A stretch of 64,000 nucleotides of DNA from Nemertoderma westbladi (lineage: Eukaryota; Animalia; Xenacoelomorpha): positions 1 to 64,000 of the forward strand of contig JAUCBJ010001297.1 in assembly GCA_032718475.1 (NCBI GenBank). The letters run 5' to 3'. The position numbers and the translations under genes are program-made. Position 1 is the stretch's first letter; the number at the start of each line of letters is the position of its first letter. The notes under the pieces were generated by a model. The model had not been told where the DNA came from. It did not search any database and saw only the letters and a program-made list of their open reading frames with translations. Of this stretch, positions 51,625-64,000 are shown piece by piece.

Positions 51625-53700
51625 AATTGAATTGATTTGATGACACATCAGTTAAAATTTTCACATACAAGAGATATTATCGGTACATAGGGCAATAAAA
51701 TGCACTCAGCCGTTCATGAGGCACCACAGAGTAATTTAAGTAAAATAAATATACAGTATAATTATAGTAAAAATATTATATTGATATTGATAAAAACATA
51801 ATTTTTAAATATAACTTTAACAACTAAATTATTATAGGATATTGAACTGTTAATTACGGGGTGTGGGGATATAAACAGTGTCCATCGTGTTCTTCCAAGA
51901 GCCCTTGCAGTAAGGTAGAAGATCCACATTATCGAGGCGGGATTTAAATGATGACACAGTTGTGCATAGAACTACATTGGATGGGAGACTGTTCCAGACG
52001 GATATACGCCGAACTACGAAATGATTTTGAAATATACAATTTGTTGATCGTGGAAGGAATATCTTACACCCATTTCCTCTGGTTGATCGCGTAACAAGCC
52101 GAAAGATATTATTAGCACTGAGGGGACTCAGACCGTTTATTAGTTTGAACATTTCGACTAAGTCATTGAATATTCTGCGATATTCCAGGGGCTTAGCATC
52201 GAACCTTGCTAATCTGTCGGCATAGCTGAGACCAAACATACCAGGAAGGTAACGGATGAAAGATTACTGAGAACATTCTAGAATGTCTATATCTTTAACG
52301 AGACTAGGGCACCATATCGAACTATTGTGTTCAATTATAGGTCTGGCGTAAGTACAGTATAACCCCCATTGGAATGTGGCATCACGGTGACCGAACGCTC
52401 TATGGATCTGACAGCAGGTGTTTCTTGATTTGGCTGTAATTTGAGCAACATGTTCACTGAAACGAAGGTCAAGGGAAATAATTATTCCAAGGTCTCTGGC
52501 TTCTTTCGAATTGGCTAGTTCTGTATCACCCATATAGTAGCTCCGTATTGTATGTACCTGTGGGGCTTGTAGTTGAACAACACTGCAATTTTTAATGTTA
52601 AAATTCATTTGCCACTGTGAGGACCATGAAACCAAGGAGTCTATAATCGCTAATGAGTCTGTTGGGGAATATATTGGACGATACAATTTAGTGTCATCTG
52701 CATACATCTTGATAAAGGTGTTGGTAGATATTGACTCAACGATGTCATTTATAAAGACAATAAATAATAATGGTGCAATAATGCTCCCCTGTGGAACAAC
52801 ACTGGTAACACGAACCGGATTCAAGTAGTTGAGTAAAAGTTGATTTTGATTTGAGGAAACCGTGTGGGTGGGGACTGATGACCTTTATGCGGACTAAGTA
52901 TGCAATCATACGGTTTCGTATTATTGTTTCCATTGTTTTCACCAGTAGACTTGTTAAAGAAATAGGTCGATAGTTTGACGGATCAGTGCGTGGGCCTTTA
53001 TTCTTGAAGATAGGGATTATGTGGGCCAACCGCCAGGATGCAGGGACAAAACCAGAATCGAAACATTGTTGAAAGAGGCAGCTGATTGGTTCAGCAACCC
53101 AAACAGAAATACTCTTGAGCAGTACAGCCGTAATTCTGTCAGGGCCAGCAGCTTTGTTAACTTTGAGCTTACTGAGAATTTTATACACTTCAACTTTGTC
53201 AAACTGTATGTTTGATAGATTCTGAGCTGGAGGGTGCTTGGTGGGTTGTGGCGGATTTAATCCATTGTCCTGTGTGAAGGCCGCCTGAAAGGTCGTGTTT
53301 AATAAGTTGGCGCGTTCATTGTCGCCTGTAACTATAACACCAGCAGGATCCTTCAAAGAGGAAACATTACTATTCCGATGGAGGTTCGATTTGGTGTATC
53401 TCCAGAATTTCTTAGAATTTTTGTGTCTCAAAATTCTGTTTTCGTTATCAGCTCGGGATTGAAGATATGTTGCTTCCAATTTGTTGTTCAGTACCAATAA
53501 CTTATCTTGGAGATCTTTAATGCGCCATGGTTGGGAAGAGAGTTTCAGTTTTTGTCTAATACGGGAAATAGAGCGTAGCAGCTTCTTTATCGCAGGGATT
53601 TCCTTTCGTGAGTTGGGTGTGGATAGGGGTACACAGTCCGAAACAATAGAGTGTAGAATAAACTCAAATGATTCAATGTTTGTTTGAGGTGACAAATTTG
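51625..53700 (-). mobile_element. Degenerate CR1-like LINE, 5'-truncated and with an internal RT deletion
   Basis: Motifs KAAGPD, NYRPISLTS, HGF, VPQGS, YADDTKLY, RDLG and WNSLP..VV...FKSRLD. The segment carrying the D..KAFD motif is missing at ~52820. Confidence 0.9.
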
Positions 53701-54392
53701 GGTTGACAACTGTTCGCGCTTTCAGACCTTTAGCAGTTTAACCTGCCAAATTGGGATGTCTTCTAGATAATAAATCGTCTTTAGCCTATGACAAGTATTT
53801 GATACACTACATTAGCCGAAGCCAGTCTATGCGCGACCATTCACCCGCTGGATATACCCGGGAGACTGGATTCGGAAGCCTAACCGTATTGCGTTGTAGG
53901 CCTACTGTATTATTCGATTGATCGTTAATATATAATCTCTGACAAATATTATTCACTTTCGGGAAATATTAACAGTTCCTTTTGGACGTGGCGCTCTAAA
54001 TATGTAAACAGAGTTATGACTTAAACTAGACACAACGGGATGGCTATAGATTCACGTATATGGCGCATTCTTTAGGAGATGCTTTGTTATCAGTCACAAT
54101 CATACACAATACTGCACAATGCTGCACACCAATCTGCCGACCTTCACTAATTTTAGTCACATATAAAGAGAACAACAACCAATGCATGTATTGCCTATGA
54201 AATAGCATTAGATTCACTTCAAAACCACTTAATGTAAGTCGCAATCGTTATATGTAACCAGTCTCTCTTACCTTCAGTATATCAAGAAGATTGAGGGTTT
54301 TGTAATTATTTATCGGTATTCCAAATATAATAATATTCCATCAACTGATATAATGAATAACCGACAGTAAATAGCAGTAAAATTGCGGTGTT

Positions 54393-54872
54393 TGTAGTTG
54401 ACAATATGATTAGGTGAGTGAGATAACAGATATACGTTCTATAATTAAGCCTACTAATGTTGGGCTAAAGACTGAAAACACAGAGGTTCCAAAGCCGGTC
54501 TTCTGGCTGTGGACAAAATACACATACTGACTCAATTCCTGAGTTTCTGTATACAACCTCCAACACAGAGTCAAAAATCGCTCTGATTGGTCGAGTGATT
54601 GCACAGAGTGGGCCTGAACAAAGAAAGTTCCACGAGTACACCAAATCAGCTGATAGATGTCGTAATCTGAACTACAAAGTGTAGAGAGTATTATCGCGTA
54701 TTGCGGCATAAGATTGCTAGTTATGTCTGCCAAAGTACACATACAGAAAAATAGCTTTTTATGTCCACTAAAATACCGGTACAGTAAGGAAACGGCTTTT
54801 ATGTACGTTAAAACATCTACAGAGTACTTTGCGGGGAAAAAATGACTAGCTAATCCCGCAAAAGCTTTTACA
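54393..54872 (-). mobile_element. Probable 3' LTR of the minus-strand BEL/Pao element
   Basis: On the minus strand, purine-rich GGGAGCGG lies directly before TGTAAAAG and the LTR ends CAACTACA. It contains CCAATCAGAG, a TATA-like site and TCAGT in order. It is homologous to 24698-25196. Confidence 0.65.
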
Positions 54873-54950
54873 CCGCTCCCAGAAAATGGGATTTAATTAT
54901 ATAAAATATAAAAAATCACAGTTTCTAAAATATAAAAATACTCTAAACAG

Positions 54951-56303
54951 TTAGTCTTTCTTGCGCTGACAGCGTTTACGCAGTTGTTTGAGGCTAGCAA
55001 GAGTTATTTTCTCTCTGGGGCAAGCCACTTTACTATGAGGGCCACAACTCCTGGGCGAAGGGTGCAATACAATTGCATCAGAAGGTTTAGGGTTATAGTC
55101 GGTGTCTCGTCCATTTCGATATGCTTCTCCTCGAGCTGATTTTCCTCCGCTTATCGTTGGATGCGTTCGTCCAAAACTCTTGCAGAGAATAGGGTCGTCC
55201 AAGTTCGATATCCTCTTAGAGATTGTGAATTTCCTGATCGAACTGAGAAAAAGTTAATTCGTTTAACTTTAAATTTAATTCGTTTACCGCTTGGACTTGC
55301 TACTGCAATTTACGTTTCTCTAATAGTGTCCAACGCGTTTCATACAACTCTCTCCTCCGCCTCGGTGACAGGTTATATCGGGTTAAACAGGGACGATGAT
55401 ACGGTTGAATGGCGATATTAGATGTCCGCGTCCCAATCCGACTAGGTAAGATGGGCGAATATTTAGGGAGCCCACAACCGGAGGGAGTGCCACCGACTAA
55501 CTGTTCGGGTAACACTAGATCTTTGAAGAGTGAGTACAGTTCGGGAGGATCCGTGATACTATTAGGATCAAGAGTCTGGGTTCTCACTAGGGAGTGAGGA
55601 GGTCTGATCGAGTATTCCGGAACTCGGATCATAGGTTTATTTAAGGATCATTTGAATCGAGCGAGCGTAGGTGATACATCGAACAAGTTTCGCTCGAAAC
55701 TCCCGTAAATATAGCGAGTAAAACCGTGTTTAAAGCAACGTCTCTACGGATGTTTATGTCTTTCCGTTTGTTGGTTGGGTCTTGGGCATTCATCGCAATA
55801 ATACCCAAAGACGCACGTCTTGTAGGGAAAACGCGAGTGATATTTATTCGGTGTTACAACGTTTCTCTCAAGTCGATTGCGAATATACGTTGGAGTTACT
55901 GCGTTTATCTGGTTCTTTAACTTCTTCTCTTTCGGGTCGATTTCGAATAGAATTTGCGCATTCGATTTTCAGTTTATCGTTCCGACTCCGCTGGGTAGGA
56001 TACTCAAAACAGTACCATTTCCCTTTCGGTGTCGACATCGTCTGTATCGTGTAAATCGATAGGATCACCAGTAGTTAAGAAGTCCATATACGTACCATTA
56101 CGATGCGTATAGCGAGCGGTGAATTTTCTATAGTCCAATTCACGCGTAAGTTGCTCCTGGGACATTGGCGGTTCGATATAACGACCATCGTCCTCCGTAG
56201 TAGTTGGATCAGCGTCGCCGCGTATCAAGCTATCAACAAACGCTTGTAAAGGTAGAGTATATCGCTCCCTGATACCAAGATCATCTTCTATCAACTCAGT
56301 CAT
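54951..56303 (-). pseudogene. Decayed accessory ORF region of unknown function between BEL integrase and 3' LTR
   Basis: Coding-like segments 56004-56303, ~55960-55220 (one frame with scattered stops, including 55300-55632) and 54951-55202. The last frame and its stop position are conserved in the copy at ~25277-25570. Confidence 0.55.
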
Positions 56304-57938
56304 ATCTGCTATATGAGTTTATCAATATTATAATGAGTTTATATTTAGGCTAGCGGGCGTCGCTGCCTACCCTCTCTCGGCCCCCGGACAGTGCAAGATC
56401 CTCGGTGCCGATGTACCATCGTCGCTGTGCTTATCGCCAACGTCGTAGCTGCACAACGACCACAACAACCAGCACGAGTCACTCCACCGTCCTTCCCAAA
56501 GGCTTAGATATACTTAAGGTTCTTACTGGAGAGTTAGGGTTACTTTCACAATTGCGACTCGCTACTGTAAACACACTTTAGTAGTAACATTCACCTATAA
56601 ACGCACAAATTCCACACAACTGTCACAAATCGCACACATTCGGGCCATTTGTCCGTTAGTCAAGTGCCTTCCAGAATGCCACGTTATTATTGGGTATCCT
56701 GTGATACTAGCAGTGTGCTATTTTATTCCTTATGCTATTCAATGGGCAAGCTTTATTGTTCTTTTAACTCACTTCTAATTCTAGCGTGGTTGTTGCCATG
56801 GTGACATTATGGAATGCTAGCGGTAGAATTAGGGTAATTCCCATGCATACAGATCTGGGTTGCTATTTAATAGTAATTCTTTAATGGTCAATATCCTCTC
56901 TATATATGATTTTATGAATTTTATCGGCTATTGACTATACATTGGAGATTCTCGCACACTAATACACTTAATAGAGTGAATCTCCGCTCCCATGATCTAT
57001 TAATTAAAGGAATTTTGGGAATGTTATAAATTGTATAAAAATGACAATTTATTGAATTCATTAAAAATATGAATTTAAATTTATTCCCGTAAATTTTATT
57101 ATTTAATGTTAAATAGACACAATTTTATTCCAGAACATATCTGGGAACTGGGATTCTTAATTCTAGGAAATTTGTCTTTTTTAAGAGTATTGGTAAGTGC
57201 TACGATATTTTAATCGACTAGAATTTTAAAGGATCTAAAATTTGACAGATTTTGTAAATATTAATAATTAATATTTAGGATGGGCACCAGTTTATTCCAG
57301 AACTTGTCTGGGGACGTTAACCACTGATTCTAGAATTTTGTCTTTCAAGTATATCGGTGGGTGCCGCGATATCTTAATCGACTAGAATTGCAGATGGTCA
57401 AAGGATTTAACAGATTTATTTTGCGTTATACGCTACTGTTAAGGGACATCACGCTACTATATGTATTATTTAATATACGGTATGAGAGCAATATCGCACG
57501 AAGCAATGTCAGTGAGAAGAGGGAAGTCGTTTCCAAGGTCTACCCAGAGCTTGGTTTAGCCGAGACACGAGGATCTGAATTTTGCATTCCTAATACTCTA
57601 CTTTACCAATAATACTTGAATATAGTAGGAGCTTTATTGTACTTTAATAAGTACGGATATTTCATCTTACTGTAGTTACGTATTTGAAATGTAATACGGA
57701 CAGTAAGGAAAGAGAAAAATAATTATTTCTCGCCGTCGCACTAAATATATAATATATAAGTAATTAAGTAATAAACGCGAATATATATTGCACTAATCTA
57801 CTAAATAATCGCTAAAATAACATTCTACTAAATAAAATTAAATAAAACGATTATAATAAAATTACATAATAATACATACATAAATATAAAATAATAAGAA
57901 TGTAAAATAATATGGTCACACACCCACTCCATACGCTA

Positions 57939-60900
57939 CTAAGCTGGGGAGTCCCTAGATGTTTGTTGGATTAGGGAGGTGGTCGTGGGAAGAGTATCTT
58001 GCCTTCCATAGTTTCCGGACAGTTCTCGGTCTCGTTCCAGTAAACATAAACGACCAACTGGGCGATTGAGCTGCTGTGTCTCGAAGACAATTCCCGGTTT
58101 CTTGAAGTTACGTCGCATGACGACGAGTTCTACCAATCGCACCAAACCGTCATCCGAGATGTGAGTCTCGATGATACGACCTGTCTGCCACCGCTTACGT
58201 GGAAGATCTGTATCCACAATAAGGACCATGTCTCCAGCGCTGACGTTTTCTTGCTGCGCAAACCACTTCGTTCGAAGTTGTAGCTTGGGCAGATAGTGCT
58301 TTTCGAAATGGTCAGCGAAACGACGGGATAACAACTGCATAAGTTGCCAAGTTTGCCGGCAGTATTCGTCTCCGTCTGTGATTTCCGATTGTGGGAGCAT
58401 GGCTACAGGTTTCTTCAGTAGGAAGTGCGCGGGTGTTAGCGCTTCCAGGGAATCGGGACTCGATGAGACTGGCATAAGCGGTCTCTCGTTGAGATAGGCG
58501 GCGATTTCTTCCATTAACGTCCGCAAAAGTTCGTCGGTGAGATACGCGCGGCACGGCACTATAAAGTGAAATGCGGTCTTCACACTTCTAATCAATCTCT
58601 CCCAACTTCCTCCCCACCAAGGGGCGTCGGCGGCGTTGAAGGTCCAGCTAGACGCTGTTACCCTTAGCTGATCTTCCACCTGTCTTTGGTTCCAATCTTT
58701 GACGTAAGCTTTGATTTCATTGTTGGCACCAATGAAGTTCGTTCCCTTATCAGATCTCATTGTGTTACTAGTTCCAAAGCGAGCGATCTGTCGTCATAAG
58801 CTTAATAGGAAGCTGTTGGTAGACAAATCGTTCACCATGTCGAGATGGATAGCTCTACAAGTCATACAAACAAAGATGACACACCATCTCTTGACTATAG
58901 TCCCAGCACGATACACTTCAATAGGGCCAAATAAATCTACACCAGTATTAGTAAAGGGTGGTTCATAGAAGCTTACTCGTTCCCTAGGTAATTCTGCCTC
59001 TCGCTGTGTTAAAGGCCTACTGAATGCTTTCCTACAGGGTATGCAGTTCCTAAGAACTTGGTTCAGAGCTCTACGGGGTTTATAGAAATAATAGCGAGTT
59101 CGAATTTCGCTAAGAACTCGTTCTCTACCAGCATGATAAAGTTTGCTGTGAACATCTACAATCATCTTGACTTGTATCTCAAGATTTCTAATGAGTATGG
59201 GAAACTTAGTGTCAAAGGATAATAGAGCATTCGTTAATCTTCCTCCAACACGTATCAACCCATCTATCATTGTGCTAGAGAAACGATCCCTTAAGCGCAT
59301 CTGTGGATTTCTCAACAACAGGAAATACTTATCGGAATCCTCATAGCATTGCAGGAGTCTCAGCATCTGCTTGTTGGTTTCGTCATGCTCCTGATAACTG
59401 ATCTTCTCCTTCAGAAACCTGTCGGATATCTTATATTTGGGAAGATCTTTAACAACATGGACCTGCACCGATATCGGTGGAGCGGTATCACTATTGGTCT
59501 TCGTCCCGGAGTAGTGATGATGAAAACATCGTTTTAAATATGTAACGGCCTTACAAAGCCGATTCCAGGAACTGTAGTGATGTATCGCTCTCTGCAGGAG
59601 AGGTGAGAGTCCTTGCGAGACGTCTGGTATTCCAGATTTCCAATCCTTCTCACGGATTTCCACAACAAACTTATTTGTGGCTGTGGGTTTCTGATCCAAA
59701 ACATCGTCTCCGGAAGTATGTAGTCGCCCGAGTTTTAGGTTTGACTTTCTCCGCTCCCTTGGCCTGTCTAATCTCTGCTGTAGTAAGATGAGGAGGCCAT
59801 TCTTCTTCTTCTTTGTACAGGAAGTCGGGTCCACCTAACCAGTCTGGAGTATCTACCAGTTCTTGTGGAGTTGCTCCCCTGGAGGCGATGTCTGCTGGAT
59901 TGATCATTCCGGGGCAATGTCTCCATTGATCCATCGTCGTGCGACTAAGTATAATTGCTACTCTGTTGGTAACGAAGACGCTGAACTGACAGACTTCATT
60001 GGTTATTTATTCCAACACGAGTAAAGCATCGGTCCAATAGACAGTTTTCTCCAATGGATAATCGATCTGTTCTGTTACATTCCGGCCGATGGCTGTAGCG
60101 TATAGCGCCGCTTTTAACTCCGCTCGAGGAACTTTCAACTTGTTGTTTATCAATGCCTTAGAGGTAACCAAGGCAACCTTGATTCCATCCGGAGTTTCAA
60201 CTCTCAGGTAGGCTACTATACCTATTCCCATATCGCTGGCGTCTCCAAACACGTGGAGTTGATAGGAATACGTAGGGAGAACATGACCAAAATATGAACG
60301 GGAAATTATAAAGTTCTCGATGGCTGGTAGAGAATCTTCCCATTTCATCAACTTCTTTAATAATTCTCCCTTAAGTGGATCGTCCCATGAGTGGTTTTCA
60401 AGCCACATTTGTTGTACTAAACTCCGAGCAATCAATATAACTGGGCTAATAAATCCCAATGGATTGAAATAAGTGCTCAGAATACTTAAACAAATCCGTT
60501 TAGTCCGAACTGGATTATCTCGCTGTTTTAGCTGGAAAAACAGGATATCTCTCTCTGTGTCCCACTTCAAACCAAGTGTCTTGGTCTCTGGAAGATCATC
60601 TTTGATTAGGTCTAGGTCTTTCGCTCCTCGATCTTCTACCGGGATCGATTCCAGAAACTCACGGGAGTTGCTGGTGAATTTAGTTAATCGAAATCCACCT
60701 CTTTTTAAGCACTCTACCGTTCCTTTGGCGACATCAATGGCTTCCTCTACAGATGGAAGGGACTTTAGATTGTCGTCCATGTATATATCTCGTTTGATGT
60801 TATCAATCACCTCCTTTGAGAAGGCGTCCCGGTTGTCATCAGCAGTGGTGCGCACCACTGAGCAGGCGTTTGAAGGGCTTGAGATTATCCCAAAAGCCTG

Positions 60901-62284
60901 GATGGTCATCCAGTACTCCACCGGTTTCTGGTTGAGGTCTCCTTCAGGCCACCACAGAAATCGTAGGCTATCTCGATCCCTATCCAGTGCCTTGACTTGT
61001 AAGAACATGCCTTCTATATCTGAGGTGAAAGCGACTGAATATTGTCTTAATCTTAGGAGTATTCCCAACAAGGATTGGAGTAAATTGGGTCCGGGTAACA
61101 ATTCGGAATTAAGGGATTGGCCCATGTAGAGGGCGGAGCCGTCAAACACTACTCGTACTTCATGAGGTTTACCGGGTTTGGGAATGTAATGGTGAGTTAA
61201 ATAATACGTTCTCTCAGTTATAGGTGTTTCTTCCGGTACTCGCTCCGCATATCCCTTGCTAATAAATTTCTTCAACTGCGTTTGATACATTTCTTTAGCT
61301 GAAGAATTTGCCGTAAGGCGTCGATGTTGTTGAGCAATTCTTTTCTCCGCCAAGGGTCTGTTGTTGATGAACTTTGGTTCTCGCTTTCTGAAAGGTAGAC
61401 CGATTTCATATCTACCTTGATCTTTAAGAAAACGTGTAGTTGTCTCTTGGATCTGCTTGGCTCTTTCTTCTTCTACTGATAGGGCCTTATCGTAGGAATT
61501 GGGCTCTACAGCCTCTTGAGTAAAGAATCGTACGGCGTGTTCATCCCGGGTTTTGGCATTATAACGTTCAATGACGTCATTCAGTTCGTCGTTATAGTCA
61601 TCTCGCTCCGATGGACGAATGAGCTGACATAGGTTTACTTGGTTTTGCCAAGTCTCGTTTTCCGTAAGGAGATCAATGGTATTCTCCTCATCGCAGAGTT
61701 GGAGGATATCGTCGTTGTCTGAGGAGTATGGAGTTCCCTCAGTTGGATCGTCTAACTCACTGCTCTCAACTTCCCATTCTCTTACTTGATATACCTGATC
61801 TTTCGGTAATCTTTCCATGAGAGTTCTACGGGAAGGGCCAGTAAAGTACCAACCCACTCTAGTTCTTCCCGCATAAGCTTGTAGTGGTTGCGGTTGAGCA
61901 GGCCGTTTCTCCAATGTCTCGAGCGCTTCATGCGCGTTTTGACCAATGAGTATTTGCACTCCAGGGTAATCGGTGTTGAATCTAGGTATTTCAAGCTGTT
62001 GGGTGAAATCGTCCTCATCCCAGTTATAAGGTTCCACTTGGCTGGTAGCGAAGTTCTTTATCGCCACCATTTTGACTGACCTTATACTATGTTCTCCTAG
62101 TTCATCCTGGGGGGTGGACAACGCGCCTACATAATAATCCGCTATTACGGTAGATTTCCAAACCTGCATAATTCCTGACATGTTTAGCTTAGTTCGTGTT
62201 AGCTTATTCAATCCCGCTAACACCCCATAAAGTTAAGCCGATAAGCAATATTGGGGGCCACGAGATTGGGTAACCAATCACTCG
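57939..62284 (-). mobile_element. pol: BEL/Pao LTR retrotransposon pol (protease end, RT, RNase H, integrase), frameshifted
   Basis: Motifs VRVVFDGSA, SLNSELLPGPNL, DIEGMFLQV, YMDD, LHVFGDAS, WTD, NPADIASRG, H..H/CIPC, GVDLFGP, SDKGTNF and GGSWERLI, in RT-RH-IN order. Confidence 0.96.
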
Positions 62285-62665
62285 TGTCACCCCAACAAAA
62301 TGGGAAGGAGAAACACACAATGAGGGTCAGGGGCCAAACCCCTAACCCAGAGAGAACAGGTGGAGTGAACGGGAACACTCCAAAGGGCGCCAACAAGGGT
62401 ATCAACCAATCAGAGGGGGGAAAGGCATCAATTAGGTATAGTAACAAGGCCAACCCGTGCAATATAGCCAGTTGGCAGTAATCATTTCAGTTCAGTTATC
62501 TCAGTATCATATTGGTGCTAGTTAGGTTAGTTAGTTTATCTAGGGAAGGACCGGGACTTAAATTACCGTTTCCCGCCTTCTGTGTACGACATCATATATC
62601 TATATCTATATCTTTTACCGGAATATTATACGCGACAAACAACGTAAACCCTTTCACTCTTCACA
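62285..62665 (+). mobile_element. Probable 5' LTR of a second LTR retrotransposon inserted into the BEL pol
   Basis: Begins TGTCACCCC where BEL coding homology appears to end. It contains CCAATCAGAG (~62406) and TCAGTT initiator-like motifs (~62487). The right end is uncertain, and no canonical TGG PBS was seen. Confidence 0.55.
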
Positions 62666-63098
62666 CACGGCGGGGACGCGTAAATTAACTAACGGATAAA
62701 CCGGGATCCTCCCTGGATCCCGTCACAGTAATTAAACCCGTCGGTGGCACAGTAATTGAACTCAGAGCTGCCGACCTAGCTAGCTAAACAAGACTACCAG
62801 CCGCCAATCGAACCAAGCGAGATGAGTCAGTCGAGAGAGACAACGCCGACGCGGACCCCGGCGAAGAGTTAACGATCCGCGAGGCCGGAACCAGGCGGTA
62901 CAGGCTCACAACGCCGGACCCATCGGTAACGGGTCACCCGGCAGTTCAGGATGAGGGGGGCCGCCTTGAACCCGAGGTCGAGCCGAGAGAAGGAGAGAGC
63001 GAGACAGAGGAGATGTCGGTACCGATGTCGCCGGCCAGCCACAGGCCGAGGGCGACGAGCGGCCCACCGAAACGGCGACGGTGGGGCCGACGGTATGA

Positions 63099-64000
63099 CG
63101 CCGGACCCGGAGAGACGGAAGAGAGGTCGGCGACGAGGACGTCGGGGTTTCTGATCGACTTCGACGGGCCTACAATGCGACCCAGAAACTGCTAAAGGAG
63201 GCCAAAGAGGGGGCGAAGATAGACGAGGTGAGACTGAGGAAACGACTAGGTGAGTCGAATAAACACTTTAATTATCTAATGCGCTTCGGGCAAAGAGAAC
63301 TGGCCAAGGAGAGACCGAGAGGGGTTGCCGAGGAACTGTATGACTTATGGCGGTGTAGGAGTATGGAACCTAGCGTAGTGTACGTAGGGCCATACTTAGT
63401 CGATGCCCAGGGACTAAAATTAGTGGGTTGGGAGAGACCTGAGGAGGGCGAATCCGAGGTTAACCCCGAAGATTCGGCCTCATCGGTCGGAGGAAGTTCC
63501 GGGAGGCGGGGGAAAGTCAGTAGGTCGGGAAGGCGGAGGGAATCCGTCGCAACCGATAAGTCTGCTACATCCTCCGCGAAAGGAAGACGGGTGAGAGAGA
63601 TAAATGCCACGTACCATCTCGATTTGATAGAGCAAGGTCAAAGGGAAGTAGGTAGACGGTTAGAGGAGGGGAGAGTGCTGCTAGAGAGGGAAATGGCGTT
63701 GATCAAAGAAACCGGAGAGAGGGCCGAAAGGGCCGCGAGAAGCCTTAGGGAGTGTGAGGAAGTAGGGAGGAAGGAACAAGAAGAGCATGAGGCGGAACGT
63801 AGGGAACATGTAGCGAGGGAGAAAGATGAGCGCAAAGAGCGTGAGGCGGAACGTAAGGAACGTGTAGCGAGAGAGGAAAGCGAACGCAGGGAACGTGAGG
63901 CGAGAGAGGAAAACGAGTACAAAGAACACGAGGTGAGAGAGGAAAACGAGTGCAAAGAACACGAGGCGAGAGAGGAGAACGAACGCAGAGATCGTGAGGC
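63099..64000 (+). CDS. gag: Gag-like ORF (BEL/Pao-like N-terminus with coiled coil), running off the window end
   Basis: Stop-free frame from 63099 (first ATG 63279) to 64000, not listed in the ORF track. It has a VNPEDSASSVG (PxDSxS) motif, an Ser/Arg-rich stretch and E/R-rich helical repeats. Confidence 0.7.

Noticed and set aside
54274-54345. Candidate leader exon for Ig paralog A (AAG|GTAAG donor, LNLLDILK)
   Set aside because: No in-frame ATG and the wrong phase. The leader of paralog A was not identified in this window.
60473-61129. 218-aa plus-strand ORF
   Set aside because: Antisense shadow of the BEL RT coding region. The same applies to the minus-strand ORFs at 63272-63962 opposite gag.

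Overview
This is an AT-rich, repeat-dominated window from a eukaryotic (most likely invertebrate animal) nuclear genome. There are no prokaryotic genes, rRNA genes or CRISPR arrays. Most of it is nested transposable elements: RTE-group, RTEX-like, CR1-like, CRE and Penelope retroelement remnants; two BEL/Pao-type LTR elements; hAT-, Tc1/pogo- and other TIR MITEs; and many tandem repeats (12, 22, 31, 49, 62, 68, ~130-150 and 315 bp units). The only host-gene signal is a pair of paralogous phase-1/phase-1 exons encoding a Cys-rich Ig-like domain (4032-4520 and 31244-31720, minus strand). One of them has a matching signal-peptide exon (6413-6464). The most notable observations are: (i) a BEL/Pao element carrying an unrecognised accessory ORF region between integrase and its 3' LTR, with a second diverged copy of that region; (ii) the Ig-like gene pair, with a 65-nt identical tract and a divergent FG loop; (iii) a minimal hammerhead ribozyme next to a Penelope RT remnant; (iv) a satellite built entirely of alternating inverted 10-mers; (v) a ~1.2 kb palindrome abutting a transposon end; (vi) a LINE with a 28-bp target-site duplication. 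All calls were made by eye, and coordinates of degenerate elements are approximate.
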